Position numbers and translations under genes: made by a program. A stretch of DNA of 64,000 nt from a virus: positions 13,041-77,040 of IMG/VR virus record IMGVR_UViG_3300033553_000372; one strand, given 5' to 3'. Of the stretch, positions 28,983 through 39,058 are shown piece by piece (within the stretch, counting starts at the first letter, position 1; every line of letters begins with the position of its first letter). The notes beneath the pieces were generated by a model. That model made no database searches. It was not told the origin of the DNA and was given only the letters and a program-made list of their open reading frames with translations.

Positions 28983-31900
28983 ATACAAAGTTAATCGTAA
29001 TTTCAGACGTCCATTTATCATTAAAGAATTTAGACGTATCAATTGAAACATTAACTCAAGCATTAAAATTATCGAGGGACTTAAAGGTCCCTCTTTTTAT
29101 TGCTGGAGACCTTAATGATGGGAAGGCCTTAATTAGATCTGAGTGGGCAAATCCACTAATAGATTTATTCAATGAATATAATGATGTTTTAATTTATATT
29201 CTTATTGGAAACCATGATCTTCAAAATAAAAATGCTTCCTCTAATTCACTTTATTTTCTTAAAGCTTTATCAAATGTTTGCTTAATAGACAAACACATTA
29301 CAAAAAATATTAATGGAATAGATTTTGGAATTATTCCATATCAAGTTTCTACAGTTGAATTGCAAGATATTATCTTACAAATGAAAGATAGGGATGTTAA
29401 GAGCCTATTGATCCACCAAGGTATTTGGGGCGCATATATGGGCGATTATATAGTAGATGAATCATCTATATCTCCTGATGCCTTTAAAGATTTTGATTTT
29501 GTAGGCTCTGGACATTATCATAGATCACAAAGGCCAGCTGATAATATTCTTTATTGGGGTTCGCCATTCACAACAAATTTTTCAGAAGCTAATGAAGAGA
29601 AGTTTATATGGAAAGTTGAATTATTAAATGATAAAATTAATACAGTTCCAGTAATGACAAATGTTAGAAGACACAAGCAAATAGTATTTGAAGATTCAAT
29701 TACTCAAGTTGAAAAGCTTCCAGCAAATTCATTAGTCAAAGTTCTATTGAAAGGAACAAAAGAATTTACTCAATCAGTTACGGTAGAATATTTAAAAGAA
29801 TTATTAGGCGTAAACTCAGTTACCATCTCGACAGAGATAACAAAACAATCAGAACAAAGAGTCTCATCTGAGATATTAAATAACCCAATTAAAGTTATTG
29901 AGTTCTATTTGGCTAACTGTAAAACTACTTATGATAAATTAGAATTAGAGAAATATTTTAAATCTGCTGTAGGCGATCTCATTAATAATTTCTCTCAATC
30001 TTCTTCTAAACAATTTAGGCTTAAGAAAGCTAATTGGAATAATTTTCTTTCATTTAAAGAAGAATCGTTTGAATATTCACCAATGGGATTAACATTAATT
30101 GAAGGCTACGATGAAGACCTTGGCGTTAATACTGGATCTGGAAAGTCAAGCTTTTTAGATGTTCCATGTTATGGAATGTACGGTGAGACTTCAAAATCTC
30201 TTAAGGCTGATGAGGTTATCAATAGACAAGTTGGAAGAGATTTATTTGTTGAATTATTTTTAGAATCTAATGGCGAAGAATATATTATTCGTAGATATAG
30301 AAAACATAGATTATTTGAAAACGATTTACATATGGTTATGCCAAATGGACAAGAGTTAAGAGGAAAAGATAATAGAGAAACTCAAAAACTTATTGAACAA
30401 GAATTAGGAAAGTCTTTAGATATTTTTCTTAAATCAAGTTACTTCACTCAATTTGGACCAATGGATAGATTTTTATCTGCATCTGATACAGAAAAGAAAC
30501 AATTGATTGCAGAAATTACTGACCTATCTATATATGATACTATATTAGATCGTGTTAAAGATCTTCTTAAGGAAGATCAGAAGTCTCTTGATTCTGCTGA
30601 AACCCAACTAAAACAAGATTCTTATGTAGTATCTCATTTAAATGTTACGATTCAAGATAATACGAATAAATCTATTAATTGGAATATAGCCCATAATAAT
30701 AGAATAATTGAAACTGGAATTTTAGTTGATAAAGAAAATATTAGAATAGCTAACGATAAAATTGAATTTAATAATAAATCAAATGAGTGGTTAAATCAAA
30801 GTTCTCAATCAATTAAGAACCTTAAATCTCAAGAAAAAGGTTTTGAACAACTTAGATTAGAGATGATTGATAACTTCAATACAGATCTATTAATGTTTAA
30901 TGCTAACCAACAAGGTAAAATTGAATCTATTAATAATGAGATTGAAGAGTTAAGAAATAAGATAACTCCACTTCAAGATAAACATGATGAGTTATTAAAA
31001 ACTCTTCCTGATATGTTGACATTAGAAAATGAGAGAAAAGAATTATTAACTAAAAAAGAAACTATTGCTCAATTAAAAATAAAAGAGCAAAACATTTCAA
31101 ATGAACTTTTCTCTAATGATAAACAAATAGAAGCTCTTCATAATAAGATTGCCGCTGATATAAAAAAGATTAATGGAGGTGATTCATCTGAATGTCCACA
31201 TTGTTATCAAGAGCTAGATGCAAACTGTATTCATAAAAATATTGAGGTATTTCAACATGATATAGATAAGTTGGATAATCTTTCAAATGATTTAAGAAAA
31301 AAATCAGATGCTATTAAATTCTACATCGATCAGACTCCACAAGTATTAGAGAGACTTCAGCAAATAGAAAAAAGTGGATATGAAAAAAAGAATATTGAAT
31401 TAGAACTTGAAACTATATTGAGAACAATAAAGTCTATTGGTGAGACTATTAAATTCAAGAACGATATGTTAGATCAAATCAATAGTTCAGTGAGTCCTGC
31501 TTTAGCTCAGATAGAAAATAAAAAGAAAGAAGCTAATCCATACACACAGTTAATTATAAATGAAGAGAGCAAAACTAATCCATATCTTGAATATAGAGAT
31601 ATAGAGAATAAATATATTTTATCATTAGAAAATCTTAATAAAGAGATTAATCCATACCTCTCAATACTAGAACAAAATGGATTTGATATTCAACAAGCTC
31701 AATTTGCAGAACTTAAAGGCCTTGAGACTCTAGATTATTGGGTAACCAAAGTTGATTATGGAACTTGGTGGAAACAAGCCCTACATGTTTATATTAAATC
31801 TTATTTAATGGACTCTTGTTTTGAGCAAATTAATATTATAGCAAATGAGCACCTTAATACATTATTTGACGGCGTATTAAAAATTAATATTTCAGCCACA

Positions 31901-32257
31901 ACTGAAGCAAAGTCTGACATAAAAGAAAAGATTTCTGTTCAAATTATAAACAATGGAGATGAATGTTCTTATAATTCATTATCAGGCGGTGAGAGAGCTA
32001 GAATATGCTTAGCTTTAAATCTTTCATTAGCTAAAGTAATTGCTAAAAGTTCAGGAAATAAATTGAATTGGATAGCTTTAGATGAGATTCTTAATGGCTT
32101 AGATGAAGTTGGTAAAGCTCAAACTATGAAGTTCTTAAAGGAACTTGAATCAGAATATGAAACTATATTTGTGATTGATCATGATGAATCATTTAAGTCT
32201 ATGTTTACGAATTCTATATCGATAGTTAAGAAAAGCAAAGTGTCAACGATTGTATAG
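28979..32257 (+). CDS. Fused SbcD/Mre11 nuclease and SbcC/Rad50 ATPase
   Basis: SDVH, AGD, GNHD, GHYH phosphoesterase motifs; then NTGSGKS, coiled coil with CPHC hook, LSGGE, ALDE and H-loop in one ORF. Confidence 0.9.
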   Translation: MNTKLIVISDVHLSLKNLDVSIETLTQALKLSRDLKVPLFIAGDLNDGKALIRSEWANPLIDLFNEYNDVLIYILIGNHDLQNKNASSNSLYFLKALSNVCLIDKHITKNINGIDFGIIPYQVSTVELQDIILQMKDRDVKSLLIHQGIWGAYMGDYIVDESSISPDAFKDFDFVGSGHYHRSQRPADNILYWGSPFTTNFSEANEEKFIWKVELLNDKINTVPVMTNVRRHKQIVFEDSITQVEKLPANSLVKVLLKGTKEFTQSVTVEYLKELLGVNSVTISTEITKQSEQRVSSEILNNPIKVIEFYLANCKTTYDKLELEKYFKSAVGDLINNFSQSSSKQFRLKKANWNNFLSFKEESFEYSPMGLTLIEGYDEDLGVNTGSGKSSFLDVPCYGMYGETSKSLKADEVINRQVGRDLFVELFLESNGEEYIIRRYRKHRLFENDLHMVMPNGQELRGKDNRETQKLIEQELGKSLDIFLKSSYFTQFGPMDRFLSASDTEKKQLIAEITDLSIYDTILDRVKDLLKEDQKSLDSAETQLKQDSYVVSHLNVTIQDNTNKSINWNIAHNNRIIETGILVDKENIRIANDKIEFNNKSNEWLNQSSQSIKNLKSQEKGFEQLRLEMIDNFNTDLLMFNANQQGKIESINNEIEELRNKITPLQDKHDELLKTLPDMLTLENERKELLTKKETIAQLKIKEQNISNELFSNDKQIEALHNKIAADIKKINGGDSSECPHCYQELDANCIHKNIEVFQHDIDKLDNLSNDLRKKSDAIKFYIDQTPQVLERLQQIEKSGYEKKNIELELETILRTIKSIGETIKFKNDMLDQINSSVSPALAQIENKKKEANPYTQLIINEESKTNPYLEYRDIENKYILSLENLNKEINPYLSILEQNGFDIQQAQFAELKGLETLDYWVTKVDYGTWWKQALHVYIKSYLMDSCFEQINIIANEHLNTLFDGVLKINISATTEAKSDIKEKISVQIINNGDECSYNSLSGGERARICLALNLSLAKVIAKSSGNKLNWIALDEILNGLDEVGKAQTMKFLKELESEYETIFVIDHDESFKSMFTNSISIVKKSKVSTIV

Positions 32258-32302
32258 TATAATTCTATTATGGATACAATAATAATAAATTAAGGAGTTT
32301 TT

Positions 32303-32620
32303 ATGACAGAAGCAACAGCGACAGTTCCAGCACCATCAACAGTAGTATTTGTTGAGAAAACAATTAAAGTAACTAAAGAAGCAAATGATGTTGCTGTAGC
32401 TTTAGTAAAATTAACTGAATCAATTATGGAAGCCAATAAAGATGGATTTCAAGCAATGACAGATGTTCCAATGGTAATCATGGAAAACCTTAAAACCTTA
32501 GGCGCAGCTATTGATAATGCAGGACAAATGAAGGTTGAAGCAAAAGAAGCTATGCCAGAATTTATTAATGCCTTCACTTCAGCTGGAGCTGAAATCGCTG
32601 GAAAAGTTCTTAAGAAATAA
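32303..32620 (+). CDS. Hypothetical protein
   Basis: AAGGAG RBS; followed by a terminator. Confidence 0.65.
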   Translation: MTEATATVPAPSTVVFVEKTIKVTKEANDVAVALVKLTESIMEANKDGFQAMTDVPMVIMENLKTLGAAIDNAGQMKVEAKEAMPEFINAFTSAGAEIAGKVLKK

Positions 32621-32642
32621 TTGTTAGTAAAATTATTTAAAC

Positions 32643-32672
32643 AAATGCCACTCTTTTTGGGTGGCATTTTTA
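32643..32672 (+). terminator. Intrinsic terminator
   Basis: AAATGCCACTC / GGGTGGCATTT stem followed by a T run. Confidence 0.8.
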
Positions 32673-32685
32673 TTTGAGGTTAAAG

Positions 32686-33372
32686 ATGAAACTATTACTT
32701 TTGTTATTATTTACTGGATGCGTGTCTCAACAATCTAACTTTTCAGATGAAGCCTATAAGAATTCGTTTTATAAAAAGGATATGAAGCTATCTTCTAATG
32801 GATTTAAAGGTATTGGAACACTTGTTCTTCCAAAGGCTACAGATTATAAGATGGACTTTGAGTCTTATGGAACATTGGATTTGTTTACATTTTCAACTTG
32901 TCACAGAGAAATCTCAATTGAGGAAGCTGGAGAGCGTGGAATTTTTGGTAATAAGAAAAAAACTAAGCTCACTTATTCTCCAAATTCTATGGAACTAGTT
33001 GCATGTCCAATTGATATTGGTGGATATGATGCAGATAAAGGTAGACACTCTTGGGCCTTTATTGCTATCGAAACAGATAAACATACACTTCCAGCAAATG
33101 TGCAATGTAATGGAGACACCTATAACTCGAGAGGAACGACTATTTGTCAAGCAAGAGCTGGACTTGTTCAATCTATTTCATTTGAAAATGAAGTTGTTTT
33201 CGTACTAGACAAATCATGTTCAGATTTAAAATACACTTATGAAAATAAGACGCTTACTTTTACAATGAACAAAGGACCTTGCGTAAACTATTTTAAAGAA
33301 ATAAAGGCCCCAAATAGAATACATGAGCTAACTACATTTGGTTATGAAAAAATATTAATTAGAAAAATTTAG
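32686..33372 (+). CDS. Cys-rich lipoprotein
   Basis: GAGG RBS; MKLLLLLLFTGC lipobox. Confidence 0.7.
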   Translation: MKLLLLLLFTGCVSQQSNFSDEAYKNSFYKKDMKLSSNGFKGIGTLVLPKATDYKMDFESYGTLDLFTFSTCHREISIEEAGERGIFGNKKKTKLTYSPNSMELVACPIDIGGYDADKGRHSWAFIAIETDKHTLPANVQCNGDTYNSRGTTICQARAGLVQSISFENEVVFVLDKSCSDLKYTYENKTLTFTMNKGPCVNYFKEIKAPNRIHELTTFGYEKILIRKI

Positions 33373-33382
33373 GAGACTCATT

Positions 33383-33607
33383 ATGCCATGGAATTTATTA
33401 TTAACAATAGGCGTTAAACTTGTTGGTGCTTACTTTACAAAACATAAGGCAAAACAAGAAGAAAGACAAAAGTTTTTAGAGTTCGTAACTTACTTAGATT
33501 CTAAAGAATTAATTTCAGCTAAAATAAAAATGTCTTATAAAGACACAATGTCTGAATTAGATCAAAAAATTGCAGAGGCAAATAAGAATGAAAATACTGT
33601 CTCTTGA
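33383..33607 (+). CDS. Small protein with N-terminal hydrophobic segment
   Basis: AGGAG RBS. Confidence 0.6.
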   Translation: MPWNLLLTIGVKLVGAYFTKHKAKQEERQKFLEFVTYLDSKELISAKIKMSYKDTMSELDQKIAEANKNENTVS

Positions 33608-34313
33608 TCTCTCCACAAAATCTGGTTGGTCCATAATAGATAATGGTAAACTTATTTGTTATGGACTTGTTGTTTCAAAAATAGAAGGAGATTCTTTCTC
33701 TAATGATTATCCTCATAATTATATTAGAGCAGCTAAACAGATGGCAGTTGATTTAAAAGAAATAGCTATTAAGAATAAACCTGATTATATTGTTATTGAA
33801 GAAACAAATAAAGGCAAGAATAGATTTTCTCAAAAGTGTTTAGAATTTATTCATTATGCAATCAATGAATCATTTGGTTGCAAGGTTCATTACATAGATA
33901 CCTCTGAGTGGAGAAGCTTATTAGAAATTTCATTAGATAAAGAACAACGATCAGACAATAAAGAAATTAAACAAGCAAGAGATGAAATGTTTAATCAAAT
34001 TTATAATGATGAATGTTCTCATTATAAACCAATACTTGATTTTAAATTAGCTTCATTGATTAAAAAAAGAGAGATTACAAAAGCTCAAAAAACTTTTAAT
34101 ATAGAGATGATCCAAAGAACTAAAATCAGAATGAGATCGTTTAGATTTAAGGTAGAAGGAAAAGTTAAAGGCAAAATAGATGCTAAAACTTTATCGGTGA
34201 ATTACGTAAATGAGTATTTTAATCTTAACTTTAAGAAAAAAGATAATGATGTTGCTGATTCAATTTGTTTAGGATTAGCCTTTATTAAAAAACTAGAGAA
34301 AAAAAATGAATAG
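33588..34313 (+). CDS. ruvC: Holliday junction resolvase, RuvC-like
   Basis: MKILSLDLS..SGW, IVIEE, EWR, DVADSIC. Confidence 0.8.
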   Translation: MKILSLDLSTKSGWSIIDNGKLICYGLVVSKIEGDSFSNDYPHNYIRAAKQMAVDLKEIAIKNKPDYIVIEETNKGKNRFSQKCLEFIHYAINESFGCKVHYIDTSEWRSLLEISLDKEQRSDNKEIKQARDEMFNQIYNDECSHYKPILDFKLASLIKKREITKAQKTFNIEMIQRTKIRMRSFRFKVEGKVKGKIDAKTLSVNYVNEYFNLNFKKKDNDVADSICLGLAFIKKLEKKNE

Positions 34314-34500
34314 TCAACACATTATTAGAACAGGCGATAAGGTTCTTTCTTTAGATAATAAAAGATTAACAGTTGTTCATCTTGTAAACTCTAATGGGCA
34401 ACTTTGTTTATATGAATCAGTTTCTAATATAAAAGAGGTTTTTTTATTTAATGGTAATGAGAATATAAAATTAAAAATTAATGAGATAAAAATAGTATAG
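34306..34500 (+). CDS. Hypothetical protein
   Basis: Overlaps the ruvC stop; operon context. Confidence 0.5.
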   Translation: MNSQHIIRTGDKVLSLDNKRLTVVHLVNSNGQLCLYESVSNIKEVFLFNGNENIKLKINEIKIV

Positions 34501-34508
34501 GAGCAAGT

Positions 34509-34913
34509 ATGTTTAGCATTGAAGAATTAGGACAGATTAAGGTTAAGAAATTGGCTACTCTTTTAGAAAAGGGGTCGCGACAGATTAATTTAAGACTACA
34601 AGATTTTGTTGATAATACAAATAAAGATCTAGCTTTATATAAAACTAGAGTTGATAACATGTATAACCACTTAATGAGAACTTTTCTAGTTGGATTAGAA
34701 AAAAGATTATATGGTTGTGAAGTTGTTTCTAAAGCTTCACTTGAGGTTATTTATGTTAAGTTCTTTGAGTTAGAGAAATTAAAAGATCCATCATTTAATA
34801 TGGAATTTAATGAATATACAAGAAGAACTAATGAGCAAGTCCAAGCTCATATCAATAAAATAATGGAAGAAGAAGAAGCTAAAACAAAAAAAGAAAATAA
34901 AGATGAAGCTTAA
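34509..34913 (+). CDS. Hypothetical protein
   Basis: GGAG RBS. Confidence 0.6.
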   Translation: MFSIEELGQIKVKKLATLLEKGSRQINLRLQDFVDNTNKDLALYKTRVDNMYNHLMRTFLVGLEKRLYGCEVVSKASLEVIYVKFFELEKLKDPSFNMEFNEYTRRTNEQVQAHINKIMEEEEAKTKKENKDEA

Positions 34914-35103
34914 GAACCCATTTGCTAAAAAGAAATCAAAAGAAAAAGTTACAGATGAGCAGTTAGAATCTGCTCGTCAACTTATAGATAGTATCCTATA
35001 CCCAAAAATAACCAAAGATCTAAAGATTTTAAATGATTTCTTAAAAGATAAGAAGATTCAGATAGGTATGGATATCACTTGGATATTTCAAAAGATCGAA
35101 TAG
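34903..35103 (+). CDS. Hypothetical protein
   Basis: Overlapping operon context. Confidence 0.55.
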   Translation: MKLKNPFAKKKSKEKVTDEQLESARQLIDSILYPKITKDLKILNDFLKDKKIQIGMDITWIFQKIE

Positions 35104-35167
35104 AAAAATGAAAATAAATTAAAATAAAGTAATATTTTATATTATAGTTAACCAAGAGGAATATAAA

Positions 35168-35521
35168 ATGTTAGTTAAAACCTTTTCATTCAACAGAATC
35201 CAAAAAACAATCTCTGCAATTGAAGATCAGATCAATGAATTTTTAGTTGAAAATACACTTAAGTTCGCTACCCAAAATGAATCTGCAGTTAAAGGAAAAT
35301 TTGTAGTTTCTTTATTTCACGAGCAAAAGAAAGGAAATATTAGAGCTAAAGTTTTTAAGAGTCAATCAGCTACTCATATCGATGAAATGGTAAATGAATT
35401 TTTGAATGAACATGATATGAAACTAGTTACACAAACATTTGTTGGATCGAATATTTATACGATCATTTTCTATGTCGAGAAGAAATCAACGCAAGCCCCA
35501 ATATCAGAAGATAATATTTAA
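35168..35521 (+). CDS. Hypothetical protein with internal duplication
   Basis: GAGGA RBS; two copies of K.F....I...(I/V)NEFL.E...K..TQ. Confidence 0.6.
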   Translation: MLVKTFSFNRIQKTISAIEDQINEFLVENTLKFATQNESAVKGKFVVSLFHEQKKGNIRAKVFKSQSATHIDEMVNEFLNEHDMKLVTQTFVGSNIYTIIFYVEKKSTQAPISEDNI

Positions 35522-35536
35522 CATTAGGTAAAATAT

Positions 35537-36124
35537 ATGGCTAAGATGGCTAGAAATAAGACAAGGAATGCTTTACTAGCTTTATCAGAGGCAGAGTCTA
35601 ATAAAATTGGATTAGAAGTTGAAAGATTAATTCATAATGAAATGTCGTTTATTGTTAATAAATATATTTATAAGTATAAAAACGCAGCAGCCGATACTTT
35701 TGGTTGGGACTCAGACGATTTACTTCAACATATTCGTATACTTATGTGGAGAGGTGTAGCCACTTTCAATCCAGAAAGAAAATTGAAAATGACTACATAT
35801 TTATCATCGATTCTTTATTATCAAATGGGTAATCTCTCAAAAAAGATTTCATCAAAGAAAAACTCTCAATCAAAACTTTATTGCCCAGAAGTATTTTTTG
35901 ACTCAGATGAAATGATAGACTTTACAACAGCAGAAGATTGGTTATTATATGCTAGAAAATTTGAGCATCTAATTGGTAAACTAACTGATTTAGAAACTAA
36001 AGTATTAGTGCAACACTTAATATATGGACATACACTATCTGATATGGAAACAAAACTGTCAGTAAAAAAAATAGACCTAATTAAATCAATTAAAGTTATT
36101 AAAATAAAAATGGAGAGCATTTAA
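35537..36124 (+). CDS. Sigma70-family-like RNA polymerase sigma factor (2)
   Basis: DDLLQ..RI..W.G...FNP...K.TTYL region 2; LTDLE..VL...G.TLSDM region 4. Confidence 0.72.
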   Translation: MAKMARNKTRNALLALSEAESNKIGLEVERLIHNEMSFIVNKYIYKYKNAAADTFGWDSDDLLQHIRILMWRGVATFNPERKLKMTTYLSSILYYQMGNLSKKISSKKNSQSKLYCPEVFFDSDEMIDFTTAEDWLLYARKFEHLIGKLTDLETKVLVQHLIYGHTLSDMETKLSVKKIDLIKSIKVIKIKMESI

Positions 36125-36456
36125 TGAGAGAGCAAATCTATATTCATAATGATGAGCAAGCTTGCATCGTTCTTTCTAAAGATCATCATAACGCGATTGT
36201 AGTTCAGTTAGCAGTTTATGTTTTTACTTTAGTTCCAAATATAGATAATCAACTTATTTATAGCAGAAACACTAAAGTTATCTATGAAGCAATTATAGCC
36301 ACTACTACACATAACTTTAAAAACGCGGTAGCTGATAGTATAAAATTAGCTCAACATAAATTATCTGAAGTTCAACAACAACATAAAGTTTTAGACGGTG
36401 TGTTGAATGATTATTACAGCGCATATCGAGATTTAAATGAACCAAGAGAACAATAG
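36124..36456 (+). CDS. Hypothetical protein
   Basis: GGAG RBS; TAATG coupling. Confidence 0.55.
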   Translation: MREQIYIHNDEQACIVLSKDHHNAIVVQLAVYVFTLVPNIDNQLIYSRNTKVIYEAIIATTTHNFKNAVADSIKLAQHKLSEVQQQHKVLDGVLNDYYSAYRDLNEPREQ

Positions 36457-37099
36457 TATTCCAGAGTTAGAAAAAGAAAAGGTTGAAGAAATTCAAGCCG
36501 AAGTAAAAGACTCTATTCCAAATAACGGAAAGAATTTCTATACTGAACTGGTTAAGTCGATGTTGGTAGATTATGTTGTTAATGACTTATCTGTTCAACA
36601 ACTATCTGACAAATACCATATCACGATTGAGATTGCAAGAAAAATTTATAAAGGTTATTCATTTCAAAAGAGAAAAGAAGACTATCAAAATAAATTATAT
36701 GATGCTGTATTAAAGAAGGTAGCCAAATCTCAAACTGGACTAATAGCTAAAATAACTGAAGCAATAACTATTCAAGTAAATAGGATATTACTACTTCAAG
36801 CAAAAGATCCAACATATATGATTTCAAATAATAATATGAAGGACTTACTTTCTTCTCTAACGATTTTTACTAGAGAATTTAAAGACTCAACAAATCCAGC
36901 TAATGATAAGCGCGTTGTTAATATAAATGTTGAAATGCCTAATTATATTCCAATAGTTACAGATAACAATAAAACAATAGTTGATATTAATAATGAAGAG
37001 CCAATTAATGTTGAGCCCGAAATAAAAGAACAATCAAAAGAAGAAATAAAAGTAGAGATACCAGAATCAGAAGATTTATTTGGTGGATTCGTTGAATGA
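36437..37099 (+). CDS. Putative terminase small subunit
   Basis: HTH-like LSVQQLSDKY and helical core; ATGA-coupled to TerL. Confidence 0.6.
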   Translation: MNQENNSIPELEKEKVEEIQAEVKDSIPNNGKNFYTELVKSMLVDYVVNDLSVQQLSDKYHITIEIARKIYKGYSFQKRKEDYQNKLYDAVLKKVAKSQTGLIAKITEAITIQVNRILLLQAKDPTYMISNNNMKDLLSSLTIFTREFKDSTNPANDKRVVNINVEMPNYIPIVTDNNKTIVDINNEEPINVEPEIKEQSKEEIKVEIPESEDLFGGFVE

Positions 37100-38481
37100 A
37101 AACGGCTACAATAAAAATAAACTATGAGCCACATGAAGGACAAAAAGAAGTTCTGCAACAAATCATGGAGTCCGGCGCAGATGTAATTGTTATTGTTTGT
37201 TCACGTGGTTGGGGTAAAACACTTTTTGTTTCCTGTTCTATAGTTCTTCCTCCAATATTAAAACACGCTAATCTTCAAGTTTGTTGGATCGCACCAAATT
37301 ATAAGATTGCAAAGGCTCCAATTGAAGATGTTTTCTTTGGTGTTAATGAAAATACTGGTGAAAGATTTATAAATGATAAATGTCCTGAAACTGGATTTGT
37401 TTTCTTTGAACATAAAAAAGGAGACAATGAGCTTCATTTTTGGAATGATTCAAAATTATTTTTAAGATCTGCTGATGCACCAGAATCTATCGTATCAAAA
37501 GGATATAACTTAGTTATTATAGATGAAGCAGCTTTAATTTCAAAAACAGTATTTCAACAAAATATATTACCAATTGCTAGAAAAAAGAATTGTAAGATTG
37601 TATTGATCACAACTCCGCGTGGAAAAAATTGGGTGTATCATTTATTTTTAGATGGTAAAGATCCAGCAAAGAAAAGATATTTTGCTGCCCAACAACCGTG
37701 GAACAAGAGACCAGATTATCCACCTTTATTAATTGATTTAATGAAAGACTTACCAGATCATGTAAGGCGTCAAGAGTTCGGAGCAGAATTTATTGATGGT
37801 GGTGGCGGTATCTTTAAAAATATGGATGGAATTTTTAGAGGTAAATTGATAGAGTTTGCTTCAGATCAGCAAGAATGGTATGATCCAAAATGGAAAAATA
37901 TATCTTCAGAAGAAGCTACAATTATGGCTATCGACTGGGCTAAATCTGTAGACTTTACTGTTATATCGATATTTTCTCTAACGACTAAGAAAATGATTTA
38001 TTATGCTAGATTAAATAAAACTGATTATAAAACTGTTTTAGAAAAATGTTCTTTACTTGGTACAAGATTTAATTGCACTGATATGATTTATGATGCGACT
38101 GGAGTCGGTAGTGGTTTAACAGATTTTATTCCAGCAGAATTTAATGCAGTACCATATGTCTTTACTAATCAATCTAAAAACGATTTAATTAATAAACTAA
38201 TTATGTCATTTGAATATGGAATTTTAGATATACCAAATATTGCGACGATTAGAAATGAGTTTGAAATTTTAGAAGTTTCATTTACAAAAACTGGAAAGTT
38301 TAGCTATGAAGCTCCAGATAGTAAACATGACGACTGTGTTATGTCAATTGCATTAGCTAACTTCTACATCGAGGATAATACTGGCGTTGGTGAAGTAGGT
38401 GAAATTGATAGCATTATTGATACCTATACACAAGCTCGTAGGTCAATTCTAGATGATGAAGATGATGACGAATATAATTAA
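37096..38481 (+). CDS. terL: Terminase large subunit
   Basis: PH.GQ, SRGWGKT, IIDEAA, TTPRG, RQEFGAEF, AIDWA, DATGVG, HDDCVMS. Confidence 0.93.
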   Translation: MKTATIKINYEPHEGQKEVLQQIMESGADVIVIVCSRGWGKTLFVSCSIVLPPILKHANLQVCWIAPNYKIAKAPIEDVFFGVNENTGERFINDKCPETGFVFFEHKKGDNELHFWNDSKLFLRSADAPESIVSKGYNLVIIDEAALISKTVFQQNILPIARKKNCKIVLITTPRGKNWVYHLFLDGKDPAKKRYFAAQQPWNKRPDYPPLLIDLMKDLPDHVRRQEFGAEFIDGGGGIFKNMDGIFRGKLIEFASDQQEWYDPKWKNISSEEATIMAIDWAKSVDFTVISIFSLTTKKMIYYARLNKTDYKTVLEKCSLLGTRFNCTDMIYDATGVGSGLTDFIPAEFNAVPYVFTNQSKNDLINKLIMSFEYGILDIPNIATIRNEFEILEVSFTKTGKFSYEAPDSKHDDCVMSIALANFYIEDNTGVGEVGEIDSIIDTYTQARRSILDDEDDDEYN

Positions 38482-38514
38482 TAACTTATAAGTATTTAAT
38501 ATCATTCATAATAA

Positions 38515-38622
38515 AATCAACAACTTACACTTAAAATAAATTCAACAAACATTAAATTAATGTTTACATTATCTGTAAACTATAGTATAATGAATTAACA
38601 GCAACAAAACAAAAGGTTGATT
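38515..38622 (+). promoter_or_regulatory. Early promoter copy 1: IHF-like box, TTTACA-N17-TATAAT, conserved leader
   Basis: AATCAAcaacTTA 38515-38527; -35 at 38563-38568; -10 at 38586-38591; leader GAATTAACAGCAACAAAACAAAAGG shared with 50.2 kb and (near-identical) 51.5 kb. Confidence 0.85.
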
Positions 38623-38880
38623 ATGAACGAATTAAACAAAATGACTCTTGAAGAATTAACTCTACTTAATAGAAAAGTTGTAGAACAAATTAAATTTTTA
38701 CAAACTCAAAAGCAAGCAATTGCAGCAACAGCATTTAGAATTGGTGATAAAGCTTTTTTCGTATCAAAATTTGGAGAAAAAGTTGAAGGTGAGATTTTAA
38801 AAGTTAATATTAAATCAATTAAAGTTAAAACTGAAAAAGGAATGTGGAACGTTTCACCATCACTTTTAACAAAAATATAA
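38623..38880 (+). CDS. Early hypothetical protein (SH3-like C-terminus)
   Basis: First gene after the promoter; AAGG RBS; FRIGDK...G.I.K.N.K...W.VSP. Confidence 0.6.
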   Translation: MNELNKMTLEELTLLNRKVVEQIKFLQTQKQAIAATAFRIGDKAFFVSKFGEKVEGEILKVNIKSIKVKTEKGMWNVSPSLLTKI

Positions 38881-38889
38881 GAGGTTTAT

Positions 38890-39057
38890 ATGTTAACAAA
38901 TAAAGAAGTAAACAAAGTTGTTAAAGAATTAGAAGAATTAATTGTTAAGTGTGATGATGAAGACCAAAGAGCAAGAATGTTTATCTTAATTAAAAAATAT
39001 AAGAAACTGCAAAGAGAAACTAGACAACTAAATAAAATCCTAAAAAAAGGAGAATAG
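38890..39057 (+). CDS. Small hypothetical protein (55 aa, not in ORF track)
   Basis: GAGG RBS; MLTNKEVNKVVKELEELIVK...; fills the gap in the operon. Confidence 0.6.
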   Translation: MLTNKEVNKVVKELEELIVKCDDEDQRARMFILIKKYKKLQRETRQLNKILKKGE

Positions 39058-39058
39058 T

